Of a stretch of DNA of 64,000 bases, positions 29,987-48,846 are shown in pieces. The stretch is taken from positions 31,310,001 to 31,374,000 of the forward strand of contig CM022679.1 in the NCBI GenBank assembly GCA_012295275.1, read 5' to 3'. Each line of letters begins with the position of its first letter. Position 1 is the first letter of the stretch. The DNA is from Chrysomallon squamiferum. Lineage: Eukaryota > Animalia > Mollusca. The notes beneath the pieces were generated by a model. That model ran no database searches. It had not been told where the DNA came from and saw only the letters and a program-made list of their open reading frames with translations. The position numbers were made by a program, and so were the translations under genes.

Positions 29987-30678
29987 TGGATCAGGGATAA
30001 GAGATATCGGATGAGGGATAATGATATCGGATGAGGGATAAGCGATATCGGATGCGGGATAATGATATCGGATGCGGGATAATGATATCGGATCAGATAT
30101 AAGAGATATCGGATGAGGGATAATGACATCGGATCCGATATAAGAGATATCGGATGAGGGATAATGATATCGGATGCGGGATAAGAGATATCGGATGAGG
30201 GATAATGATATCGGATGCGGGATAAGAGATATCGGATGAAGGATAATATTATCGAATCAGGGATAAGAGATATCGGACGAGGGATAAGTGATATCGGATG
30301 AGGGACAAGAGATATCGGATGATGGACAAGAGATATTGGATCAGTGATAAGTGATATCGGATAACGGATAAGAGATATCGGATGAGGGATAATGATATTG
30401 GATGCGGGATAAGAGATATCGGATGAGGGATAATGATATCGAATAGGGGATAAGTGATATCGGATAATGGATAAGAGATATCGGATAAGGGATAATTGAT
30501 TTCGAATAGGGGATAAGTGATATTGGATCGGTGATAAGTGATATCGGATAACGGATAAGAGATATCGTATAAGGGATAAGAGATATCGTATAACGGATAA
30601 GAGATATCGGATAACGGATAAGAGATATCGGAGGAAGGATAAGTAATTTCGGATCAGGGATAACCGATATCAGATGAA
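29987..30678 (+). repeat. Minisatellite, 20-21 bp unit GGGATAA(GA/T)GATATCGGATGA, ~33 copies
   Basis: Directly visible tandem array starting ~20 nt downstream of the copy 1 stop codon; only ~3 units at the equivalent sites 36720-36795, 41735-41812 and 46760-46836. Confidence 0.95.
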
Positions 30679-30700
30679 GTATAATGAACCTGTTTTCAAA

Positions 30701-33821
<3,121 letters not shown>

Positions 33822-36820
33822 GACTGTCTGAAATGAACGTACAGTTAGGTAGTATCAGCTTTAGATATATTAAACTAAGCGAAAACAGCAGTTGATCCCT
33901 TTCTGATGTTGGGAAGCACTGTTGTACGTTTTAAACACCTCCAGCTAAACAGATTATTACATAAGGGAAATGAAGTAAAGCAAAACATTCTATCCTAAAA
34001 TAATGGATTATTTATATACTTAAATATTTTAAAGGTTAAAGCAGAATACTTCAATAGCATGAAATACAAATTCTGCGAACTCTACGGCAACTGACTTTCC
34101 TATAGTTAATTACGTTACAAATCTCACGAGGTAGCATGTTTCATATGGGCCACTAATTAATTTTGTCTACTGTGTTTGTTATCAACGGTTGTGTAAAAAC
34201 ACGACACAACATTTCACCAAGGTCGTCCTGATCATTTACTTGTTGTAACTGATTACTTATTAATGATTCCAGTTATTAAGGACAGTTTGTAGCCGCGTGT
34301 CAATAAGTCATCCCCAGCGTACTTGTTCATGTTTTATTATTCTACAGATAGTCCAGTAACTATTATCATACTCCAGTTAGCAACCAAATATTTCTTATGC
34401 ACCATCCCATAAAAACTACAAACCACGAGCCACACATCGTAGAAAATGATTATAAAAGAAAATGGCTATGAGAGAGAAAAGATAGTTAAACTACATTGTT
34501 CTGAAACTTATGTCATGATAAAACGTGCCATGTTAAATCTTAATCAGTCATTTCATTTTATATATTTATTTATTCATTTATTTATTTATTTATTTTTATT
34601 TACCTCGTACATTTGGACAGCTTCCTTATTAAAGTACTTCAAAGAGTAGTCAAGACTGCAAAACAAATATCAATTGCAATATTTTATGAACACAATTTTT
34701 ATTTTATATGTTACAATTAGTTTGACAAATACTGTTATTTGAACGGGATGTTTAGCTATCCTTCGTCGATATTATTGTGATTAATATTATTTTGCTGTGT
34801 TTATTTATAATTATTATTTTTGCGACAACATTCTAAATGTGGTGGAAAATACATGAACGTAGGAGAATTTTCAGTGAACAATATTTTCTTATACCATGTT
34901 TGTTTCATGACACAACAGCTAATTTCATTTTATGATTAAACATGGCTGCGTCCACTGATCACCGATGTCTTCAACGTTAAACTCGATTTTATGTTTCGGC
35001 TCAGTTCTTACCGAGTTAAAAGATGGGAATAATAAGTAAAAAAAAACAACAAAGAAATCAACAAAGAAACAAATCAGTAAATAAATTATCCTATTTCACT
35101 ACAACGTGTTAAGATGAAAATCTAATATTCTACGCGGCTGACTGAAGACATATATATTTTTTTCTTTTTCCGTTTGGTTGAATTATTTCTGTTTGTGTCT
35201 TTGTTAACGTTCATTGGTGTTTAGTTTTCTTTTCTTGAGAAAATTAAATGTTTCTACTCATGCATACAATATATCTGGATAAGTGTATGTATGAATGCAC
35301 ATATGTATTATACATATACGTACATATTTATCTTAGGATTGAATATTCTCTGTCTGATTAGACTCTGCACATAGACAATATTGAGGAACGCAATGGCACA
35401 CGAAGACAAAGTTCACTCATGACCTCACAAACCCGTCAGATGCCGCTGATGAGACTCGAACTTATGTAGGTGTGTGTGTGTCTGTGTGTGTGTGTGTGTG
35501 TGGGTGGGTGTAAAAACGGCACACAAAAATGAATCAGGACTTCGAAAAGGTAAATTATCATAGAAGTGGACACACTTTTCAAGATATTAATTTTATGATG
35601 CAGAAAATGAAACCAAACAACACAAAAATAAATCATTATCCATCGGCATCATTTTACAAACAAGCCAAAATATGCAATACAATGAGTTTTATTATTATTT
35701 ACTGGCACACACACACACATAGAAATAAATACAAATATCCGAACAATATATTTTAATGAAGAAAAGATACAATACAGGAAAAAATGTTAATTCATCCGAA
35801 CTTATTTTCATACATATTTTACAAATATATGAATATATGGAAACAATTGCTTATAGAAAAAAAAAATGCAACAAATAAAAATATATTTCTATTTTTAAAT
35901 ATAGAGTTTCGTTAATGAACAGTGCAGAACAATAAAACTATCGTGACAAACACACCATAAATGGAAAATATAGAAAAGTTACAAGTAAAATATTTTGGAT
36001 AGTTAAGATTTGTCTGTAAAAACGTCACTTACACTGAGCCCAATACACACTATCCCTTCTGCTCTCTCACTGTCATTTTTGTCATAGGTACGTTATTATC
36101 AGTCGATATTTTATATTCTTTATTTATTGGTTTTCCGAACGTGTGTTCAGTCATGACGATTCTTTAGTGAAATATCAGGTGTTTGTATGCCTAACAGAAA
36201 GCACGTGTTTTGAATATATCTACATATAAACATACTGTTATCTAAGCTAATTAAAACAAAAACATATTAGTTCTTATACTTTAAAAAAAAAAAATACAAT
36301 AAAAAAACAAAATACAGAAATAAAAATACAACAATTCATAAATAATTACATTCATATCTAAAAAAGGAATAAAACCATTACAATTTTCATATAATATAGT
36401 GATACACCTTTACCTGTACAATCCTGTTGTTTTATTTAACCGGTTCTGTTAAGTTCATTGTTCGTTTGTATTTTATTTATTTATTCTTTAACTTCATGCA
36501 TATATCTGTTTTTCTTATTAGTATTCAGTTAACATAACAAACTTAATTCATTATTGTTGTTGCTGTTAATATTTAAATATTTATTTTGTTTTATTTATGT
36601 CATTATTTTTGAAACCTAAAACCATAATTGGGCAATTAAACATACATAATTTAATGTATTTTAATTTCTGTAAATTACACTTCAATAGATCCTAGACATT
36701 ATTTATGTTCTGTACTCTGAGGATTTCGGATAAGGGATAAGAGATTTCGGATGAAGGATAAGTAATTTCGGATCAGGGGATAACCGATATCAGATAAAGA
36801 TTAATGAACCTGTTTTCAAA

Positions 36821-38293
36821 TCACAAACCCACTGGCCTAATTCTTATCGTACTTCGTACAATTTTCTCAGAAAATGGCTGCCATCTATATCTGTCGATAA
36901 TGGGTAGTGAATTGAGTGCCACCCGGGCACATTCCTTATACCACCAGCCTCCTCCGAAAACGCTGGCACAGTTTTCACCTCCAAGTTGGTCGTTGTCCTT
37001 GTCTTTAGTACTGAAAGGAAGTCCATTGTGAAAACTCATCTCGTCGGCTGCAAAGGAAAGGATAAACTCTGTTTAAAACGCTTCTATCGAAAACATGTTT
37101 AATTTTTAGTTTATGACAGTGACAATGAAATTTGCAAGTTTAAATTTGCAAGAACGATATTCTGTTGTATAGATGACTTTGGGATTTGTTCATAATATGA
37201 TGATAACGTCGCTATTATAATGATGATAAATACTCTTATCCTCATTTTATGGTAGCAGTGGTGATGATGATATTGATGCCATAATTAACAGAAACACGAC
37301 TATGATGCAGCCGCTATAAAAAGTAGATAAGAAAACAAGAACAAGATGATATTGATGATGATGATGGTGGTGCTGATGATCTTATTAGCAACGGTGAAGA
37401 TTTGACGCCCCTGCTGTCAAAGATGATGGTGATGATTATAGGACCATGACTTCGGCAACGATGACGTTAAAGTCTTACTCAGATTTCCAGCGATTGGCGA
37501 AGAGATCTGCAGTTTGTAGAAATCAGTCGAGTCTGATATGGAGAAACTGTTGTACACTTTGTTTCCTTTTGTACCACTGACATCCTCAACAATAAACTCG
37601 ATTTTATGTTGCGTCTCTGTTGTTAGTTTGTGAATGTACTTGTTACCTGAGTCAAACATGAAATTGATTAGTAACAAACAAACAAACAAACAAACAAACA
37701 AACCAATAAATAAATAAATAAATAAATAGGTAAATAATTATAAAAGTTACTTAATAAACAAAGTGTAGATTTATTAATTTATTTAGTCATCAAGAAATAA
37801 AAAAATACATAGATAAATGAAACAATAAATAAGTATATTAATTAACAGATCTATATATGTGATTTACCTAACCAAAATTCTGATCGTAAACTCCCAAATC
37901 CGTTTTTATATTCAATCCACGTTTTGTTGAAATCTGTCGGTGCAGTCCTTCTTTGTATGACCTGATTATAAAGATACCAGGAAATTAAATATATAATGAA
38001 ATAAAGTCATAAAACGTTATGACCCACTAACATATCGCAATGGTTATTATGAAAAAAGCTGCACTGAAATTGCCTTTAATAAGAATTATATACAACCTAG
38101 GATAAGAATCATAGTTCGTATAAGTTTCACTTACCAGCCAACCATCACTGTCATAATAACCTTTGACTAGTGGAAGTTGAGAAATATTCAGTCGATGAAT
38201 TCCCTCAGTGTCTGGCCACACGAAACATTCTGGAGTTGTTGCAGATGACGATTTTACTGGAAATAATTAATATTTTATTTCATTTAGTTTATC

Positions 38294-38327
<34 letters not shown>

Positions 38328-38371
38328 AACACACACACACACACACAGACACACGCACACAGAGACAAACG

Positions 38372-38439
<68 letters not shown>

Positions 38440-38823
38440 CACACTGACTGAGAAGGTAAAATCAGAGGATGTCAGATTACAGTAGAACTTATCAGAAAGT
38501 TTTATTTAAAACTTACGAAATCCATCTGTTCCAGTTTGACTTTTCAGCGTCACACAAGACGACGTTGTGTTGTAGAATGAACACGTCTGATTATCCCAGT
38601 TGTAGAAAACCGTGGTGCACTGATCACCATACTGTCTGTAACACCAGACAGTGCATTCCAACTTCGTGACGCCATTTTTAACAGCAGACGCAAGATCTCT
38701 TGAAGTCGAATTTGGAAAAAACAGATTTGATTCAAATATTTTATTACAGATTGCGTTGCAAAGATATTCATGCCTAAGAAATATAAAAGCTATCTGCAGA
38801 AATAGGTTTGATAATAATTTCAT
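36821..38823 (-). CDS. PAN/Apple + FReD protein, copy 2 (intact, 305 aa)
   Basis: Exons 38823-38517, 38256-38135, 37961-37868, 37646-37479, 37047-36821; same exon lengths and phases as copy 1; exon 3 reads VIQRRTAPTDFNKTWIEYKNGFGSLRSEFWLG; exon 5 has FSTKDKDND..NCASVFGGGWWYKECARV. Confidence 0.9.
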
Positions 38824-41800
38824 CTCTGTCTGAAATGATCGTGCGTTTAGGTAGCTATCAGCTTTAGATATATTAAACTGAGTGAAAACAGCAGTTGATC
38901 CCTTTCAGATGTTGGGAAGCATTGTTGCACATTTTTAATACCTATACAGATTATTACCGCAACCAACAAAACATGTTACAAAGGGGAATTCACTTTAAGC
39001 AAACCATTTTACTATAAAATAATCGATTATTTACACGATCCTAAGGTAAAAGCAGAATACTTCAATAACATAAAATACAAAATTCTGCGAACTCTATGGC
39101 AACTGACTTTCCTATAGTTAATTACGTTACAAATCTCACGAGGTAGCATGTTTCATATGGGCCACTAATTAATTTAGTCTACTGTGTTTGTTATCAACGG
39201 TTGTGTAAAAACACGACACAACATTTCACCAAGGTCGTCCTGATCATTTACTTGTTGTAACTGATTACTTATTAATGATTCCAGTTATTAAGGACAGTTT
39301 GTAGCCGCGTGTCAATAAGTCATCCCCAGCGTACTTGTTCATGTTTTATTATTCTACAGATAGTCCAGTAACTATTATCATACTCCAGTTAGCAACCAAA
39401 TATTTCTTATGCACCATCCCATAAAAAGTAAACTACAAACCACGAGCCACACATCGTAGAAAATGATTATAAAAGAAAATGGCTATGAGAGAGAAAAGAT
39501 AGTTAAACTACATTGTTCTGAAACTTATGTCATGATAAAACGTGCCATGTTAAATCTTAATCAGTCATTTCATTTTATATATTTATTTATTCATTTATTT
39601 ATTTATTTATTTTTATTTACCTCGTACATTTGGACAGCTTCCTTATTAAAGTACTTCAAAGAGTAGTCAAGACTGCAAAACAAATATCAATTGCAATATT
39701 TTATGAACACAATTTTTATTTTATATGTTACAATTAGTTTGACAAATACTGTTATTTGAACGGGATGTTTAGCTATCCTTCGTCGATATTATTGTGATTA
39801 ATATTATTTTGCTGTGTTTATTTATAATTATTATTTTTGCGACAACATTCTAAATGTGGTGGAAAATACATGAACGTAGGAGAATTTTCAGTGAACAATA
39901 TTTTCTTATACCATGTTTGTTCATGACACAACAGCTAATTTCATTTTATGATTAAACATGGCTGCGTCCACTGATCACCGATGTCTTCAACGTTAAACTC
40001 GATTTTATGTTTCGGCTCAGTTCTTACCGAGTTAAAAGATGGGAATAATAAGTAAAAAAACAACAAAGAAATCAACAAAGAAACAAATCAGTAAATAAAT
40101 TATCCTATTTCACTACAACGTGTTAAGATGAAAATCTAATATTCTACGCGGCTGACTGAAGACATATATATTTTTTTCTTTTTCCGTTTGGTTGAATTAT
40201 TTCTGTTTGTGTCTTTGTTAACGTTCATTGGTGTTTAGTTTTCTTTTCTTGAGAAAATTAAATGTTTCTACTCATGCATACAATATATCTGGATAAGTGT
40301 ATGTATGAATGCACATATGTATTATACATATACGTACATATTTATCTTAGGATTGAATATTCTCTGTCTGATTAGACTCTGCACATAGACAATATTGAGG
40401 AACGCAATGGCACACGAAGACAAAGTTCACTCATGACCTCACAAACCCGTCAGATGCCGCTGATGAGACTCGAACTTATGTAGGTGTGTGTGTGTCTGTG
40501 TGTGTGTGTGTGGGTGGGTAGGTGTAAAAACGGCACACAAAAATGAATCAGGACTTCGAAAAGGTAAATTATCATAGAAGTGGACACACTTTTCAAGATA
40601 TTAATTTTATGATGCAGAAAATGAAACCAAACAACACAAAAATAAATCATTATCCATCGGCATCATTTTACAAACAAGCCAAAATATGCAATACAATGAG
40701 TTTTATTATTATTTACTGGCACACACACACACATAGAAATAAATACAAATATCCGAACAATATATTTTAATGAAGAAAAGATACAATACAGGAAAAAATG
40801 TTAATTCATCCGAACTTATTTTCATACATATTTTACAAATATATGAATATATGGAAACAATTGCTTATAGAAAAAAAAAATGCAACAAATAAAAATATAT
40901 TTCTATTTTTAAAATATAGAGTTTCGTTAATGAACAGTGCAGAACAATAAAACTATCGTGACAAACACACCATAAATGGAAAATATAGAAAAGTTACAAG
41001 TAAAATATTTTGGATAGTTAAGATTTGTCTGTAAAAACGTCACTTACACTGAGCCCAATACACACTATCCCTTCTGCTCTCTCACTGTCATTTTTGTCAT
41101 AGGTACGTTATTATCAGTCGATATTTTATATTCTTTATTTATTGGTTTTCCGAACGTGTGTTCAGTCATGACGATTCTTTAGTGAAATATCAGGTGTTTG
41201 TATGCCTAACAGAAAGCACGTGTTTTTGAATATATCTACATATAAACATACTGTTATCTAAGCTAATTAAAACAAAAACATATTAGTTCTTATACTTTAA
41301 AAAAAAAAAATACAATAAAAAAACAAAATACAGAAATAAAAATACAACAATTCATAAATAATTACATTCATATCTAAAAAAGGAATAAAACCATTACAAT
41401 TTTCATATAATATAGTGATACACCTTTACCTGTACAATCCTGTTGTTTTATTTAACCGGTTCTGTTAAGTTCATTGTTCGTTTGTATTTTATTTATTTAT
41501 TCTTTAACTTCATGCATATATCTGTTTTTCTTATTAGTATTCAGTTAACATAACAAACTTAATTCATTATTGTTGTTGCTGTTAATATTTAAATATTTAT
41601 TTTGTTTTATTTATGTCATTATTTTTGAAACCTAAAACCATAATTGGGCAATTAAACATACATAATTTAATGTATTTTAATTTCTGTAAATTACACTTCA
41701 ATAGATCCTAGACATTATTTATGTTCTGTACTCTGAGGATTTCGGATAAGGGATAAGAGATTTCGGATGAAGGATAAGTAATTTCGGATCAGGGGATAAC

Positions 41801-41836
41801 CGATATCAGATAAAGATTAATGAACCTGTTTTCAAA

Positions 41837-43312
41837 TCACAAACCCACTGGCCTAATTCTTATCGTACTTCGTACAATTTTCTCAGAAAATGGGCTGCCA
41901 TCTATATCTGTCGATAATGGGTAGTGAATTGAGTGCCACCCGGGCACATTCCTTATACCACCAGCCTCCTCCGAAAACGCTGGCACAGTTTTCACCTCCA
42001 AGTTGGTCGTTGTCCTTGTCTTTAGTACTGAAAGGAAGTCCATTGTGAAAACTCATCTCGTCGGCTGCAAAGGAAAGGATAAACTCTGTTTAAAACGCTT
42101 CTATCGAAAACATGTTTAATTTTTAGTTTATGACAGTGACAATGAAATTTGCAAGTTTAAATTTGCAAGAACGATATTCTGTTGTATAGATGACTTTGGG
42201 ATTTGTTCATAATATGATGATAACGTCGCTATTATAATGATGATAAATACTCTTATCCTCATTTTATGGTAGCAGTGGTGATGATGATATTGATGCCATA
42301 ATTAACAGAAACACGACTATGATGCAGCCGCTATAAAAAGTAGATAAGAAAACAAGAACAAGATGATATTGATGATGATGATGGTGGTGCTGATGATCTT
42401 ATTAGCAACGGTGAAGATTTGACGCCCCTGCTGTCAAAGATGATGGTGATGATTATAGGACCATGACTTCGGCAACGATGACGTTAAAGTCTTACTCAGA
42501 TTTCCAGCGATTGGCGAAGAGATCTGCAGTTTGTAGAAATCAGTCGAGTCTGATATGGAGAAACTGTTGTACACTTTGTTTCCTTTTGTACCACTGACAT
42601 CCTCAACAATAAACTCGATTTTTATGTTGCGTCTCTGTTGTTAGTTTGTGAATGTACTTGTTACCTGAGTCAAACATGAAATTGATTAGTAACAAACAAA
42701 CAAACAAACAAACAAACAAACCAATAAATAAATAAATAAATAAATAGGTAAATAATTATAAAAGTTACTTAATAAACAAAGTGTAGATTTATTAATTTAT
42801 TTAGTCATCAAGAAATAAAAAAAATACATAGATAAATGAAACAATAAATAAGTATATTAATTAACAGATCTATATATGTGATTTACCTAACCAAAATTCT
42901 GATCGTAAACTCCCAAATCCGTTTTTATATTCAATCCACGTTTTGTTGAAATCTGTCGGTGCAGTCCTTCTTTGTATGACCTGATTATAAAGATACCAGG
43001 AAATTAAATATATAATGAAATAAAGTCATAAAACGTTATGACCCACTAACATATCGCAATGGTTATTATGAAAAAAGCTGCACTGAAATTGCCTTTAATA
43101 AGAATTATATACAACCTAGGATAAGAATCATAGTTCGTATAAGTTTCACTTACCAGCCAACCATCACTGTCATAATAACCTTTGACTAGTGGAAGTTGAG
43201 AAATATTCAGTCGATGAATTCCCTCAGTGTCTGGCCACACGAAACATTCTGGAGTTGTTGCAGATGACGATTTTACTGGAAATAATTAATATTTTATTTC
43301 ATTTAGTTTATC

Positions 43313-43343
<31 letters not shown>

Positions 43344-43390
43344 GTAAACACACACACACACACACAGACACACGCACACAGAGACAAACG

Positions 43391-43454
<64 letters not shown>

Positions 43455-43838
43455 CACACTGACTGAGAAGGTAAAATCAGAGGATGTCAGATTACAGTAG
43501 AACTTATCAGAAAGTTTTATTTAAAACTTACGAAATCCATCTGTTCCAGTTTGACTTTTCAGCGTCACACAAGACGACGTTGTGTTGTAGAATGAACACG
43601 TCTGATTATCCCAGTTGTAGAAAACCGTGGTGCACTGATCACCATACTGTCTGTAACACCAGACAGTGCATTCCAACTTCGTGACGCCATTTTTAACAGC
43701 AGACGCAAGATCTCTTGAAGTCGAATTTGGAAAAAACAGATTTGATTCAAATATTTTATTACAGATTGCGTTGCAAAGATATTCATGCCTAAGAAATATA
43801 AAAGCTATCTGCAGAAATAGGTTTGATAATAATTTCAT
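41837..43838 (-). pseudogene. PAN/Apple + FReD copy 3, near-identical to copy 2 but frameshifted as assembled
   Basis: Exons 43838-43532, 43275-43154, 42980-42887, 42664-42496 (169 nt, extra T in the T-run ~42619-42623), 42064-41837 (228 nt, extra G at 41892-41894). The first shift gives HKNRVYC* (~194 aa). Both lesions are homopolymer +1 events, so a sequencing error is equally possible. Confidence 0.7.
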
Positions 43839-44595
43839 CTCTGTCTGAAATGATCGTGCGTTTAGGTAGCTATCAGCTTTAGATATATTAAACTGAGTGA
43901 AAACAGCAGTTGATCCCTTTCAGATGTTGGGAAGCATTGTTGCACATTTTTAATACCTATACAGATTATTACCGCAACCAACAAAACATGTTACAAAGGG
44001 GAATTCACTTTAAGCAAACCATTTTACTATAAAATAATCGATTATTTACACGATCCTAAGGTAAAAGCAGAATACTTCAATAACATAAAATACAAAATTC
44101 TGCGAACTCTATGGCAACTGACTTTCCTATAGTTAATTACGTTACAAATCTCACGAGGTAGCATGTTTCATATGGGCCACTAATTAATTTAGTCTACTGT
44201 GTTTGTTATCAACGGTTGTGTAAGAACACGACACACCATTTCACCAAGGTCGTCCTGATCATTTACTTGTTGTAACTGATTACTTATTAATGATTCCAGT
44301 TATTAAGGACAGTTTGTAGCCGCGTGTCAATAAGTCATCCCCAGCGTACTTGTTCATGTTTTATTAATCTACAGATAGTCCAGTAACAATCCAGTTAGCA
44401 ATCAAATATTTCTTATGCACCATCCCATAAAAAGTAAACTACAAACCACGAGCCACACATCGTAGAAAATGATTATAAAAGAAAATGGCTATGAGAGAGA
44501 AAAGATAGTTAAACTACATTGTTCTGAAACTTATGTCATGATAAAACGTGCCATATTAAATCTTAATCAGACACTTCATTTGTCTTTTTGTATAT

Positions 44596-44636
<41 letters not shown>

Positions 44637-46861
44637 TTAACCTCGGAGCTATAACGCGTACATTTGGACAGCTTCCTTATTAAAGTATGTCAAAGAGTAG
44701 TCAAGACTGCAAAACAAATATCAATTGCAATATTTAATGAACACAATTTTTATTTTATATTTTACAATTAGCTTGACAAATATTGTTATTTCAACGAGAT
44801 GTTTAGCTATCCTTCGTCGATATTACTGTGATTAATATTATTTTGCTGTGTTTATTTATAATTATTATTTTTGCGACAACATTCTAAATGTGGTGGAAAA
44901 TACATGAACGTAGGAGAATTTTCAGTGAACAATATTTTCTTATACCATGTTTGTTCATGACACAACAGCTAATTTCATTTTATGATTAAACATGGCTGCG
45001 TCCACTGATCACCGATGTCTTCAACGTTAAACTCGATTTTATGTTTCGGCTCAGTTCTTACCGAGTTAAAAGATGGGAATAATAAGTAAAAAAACAACAA
45101 AGAAATCAACAAATCAGTAAATAAATTATCCTATTTCACCACAACGTGTTAAGATGAAAATCTAATATTCTACGCGGCTGACTGAAGACATATATTTTTT
45201 TGGTTTTTTTCCGTTTGGTTGAATTATTTCTGTTTGTGTCTTTGTTAACGTTCATTGGTGTTTAGTTTTCTTTTCTTGAGTAACTATTAAATGTTTCTAC
45301 TCATGCATACAATATATCTGGATAAGTGTATGTATGAATGCACATATGTATTATACATACATATTTATCTTAGGATTGAATATTCTCTGTCTGATTAGAC
45401 TCTGCACATAGACAATATTGAGGAACGCACTGGCACACGAGGACAAAGTTCAGTCATGACCTCACAAACCCGTCAGATGCCGCTGATGAGACTCGAACGT
45501 ACGTAGATGTGTGTGTGTGTGTGTGTGTGTAGGTGAGCGTGTGTGTGGGGGGTGTAAAAACGGCACACAAAAATTAATGTGGATTTCGTAAAAGTAAATT
45601 ATCATAGAAGTGGACACATTTTTCAAGATATTAATGTTATCATGCAGAAAATAAAACCAAACAACACAAAAATAAATCATTATCCATCGGCATCATTTTA
45701 CAAACAAGCCAAAATATGCAATACAATGAGTTTTATTATTATTTACTGGCACACACACACACATAGAAATAAATACAAATATCCGAACAATATATTTTAA
45801 TGAAGAAAAGATACAATACAGGAAAAAATGTAAATTCATCCGAACTTATTTTCATACATATTTTACAAATATATGAATATATGGAAACAATTGCTTATAG
45901 AAAAAAAAAAATGCAACAAATAAAAATATATTTCTATTTTTAAAATATAGAGTTTCGTTAATGAACAGTGCAAAACTATAAAACTATCGTGACAAACACA
46001 CCATAACCATAAATGGAAAATATAGAAAAGTTACAAGTAAAATATTTTGGATAGTTAAGATTTGTCTGTGAAAACGTCACTGACACTGAGCCCAATATAC
46101 AACATCCCTTCTGCTCTCTCACTGTCATTTTTGTCATAGGTACGTTATTATCAGTCGATATTTTATATTCTTTATTTATTGGTTTTCCGAACGTGTGTGC
46201 AGTCATGAGGATTCTTTAGTGAAATATCAGGTGTTTGTATGCCTAACAGAAAGCACGTGTTTTTGAATATATTTACATATAAACATACTGTTATCTAAAC
46301 TAATTAAAACAAAAACATATTAGTTCTTATACTTTAAAAAAAAAAAAAATACAGAAATAAAAATACAACCATTCATAAATAATTATATTCATAACTAAAA
46401 AAGCTATTTTAGGAATAAAACCATTACAATTTTCATATAATATAGTGATACACCTTTACCTGTTCAGTCCTGTTGTTTTATTTAACCGGTTCTGTTCAGT
46501 TCATTGTTTGTGTGTATTTTATTTATTTATTCTTTAACTTCATGCATATATCTGTTTTTCTTATTAGGATTCAGTTAACAAACTTAATTCATTATTGTTG
46601 TTGCTGTTAATATTTAAATATTTATTTTGTTTTATTTATGTCATTATTTTTGAAACCTAAAACCATAATTGGGCAATTAAACATACATAATTTAATGTAT
46701 TTTAATTTCTGTAAATTACACTTCAATAGATCCTAGACATTATTTATGTTCTGTACTCTGAGGATTTCGGATAAGGGATAAAAGATATCAGATGAGGGAT
46801 AAGTAATTTCGGATCAGGGGATAACCGATATCAGATAAAGATTAATGAACTTGCTTTTAAA

Positions 46862-48846
<1,985 letters not shown>

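Noticed and set aside
29987-30678. Regular short repeat array as a possible CRISPR
   Set aside because: Units are contiguous with no unique spacers, there are no cas genes, and the context is eukaryotic: a minisatellite.
34446-35756. ORFs recurring in each unit (MIIKENG..., MNQDFEK..., MIYFCVV...)
   Set aside because: Recurrence reflects recent duplication of spacer DNA; no domain motifs, and frames change in the diverged unit 4.
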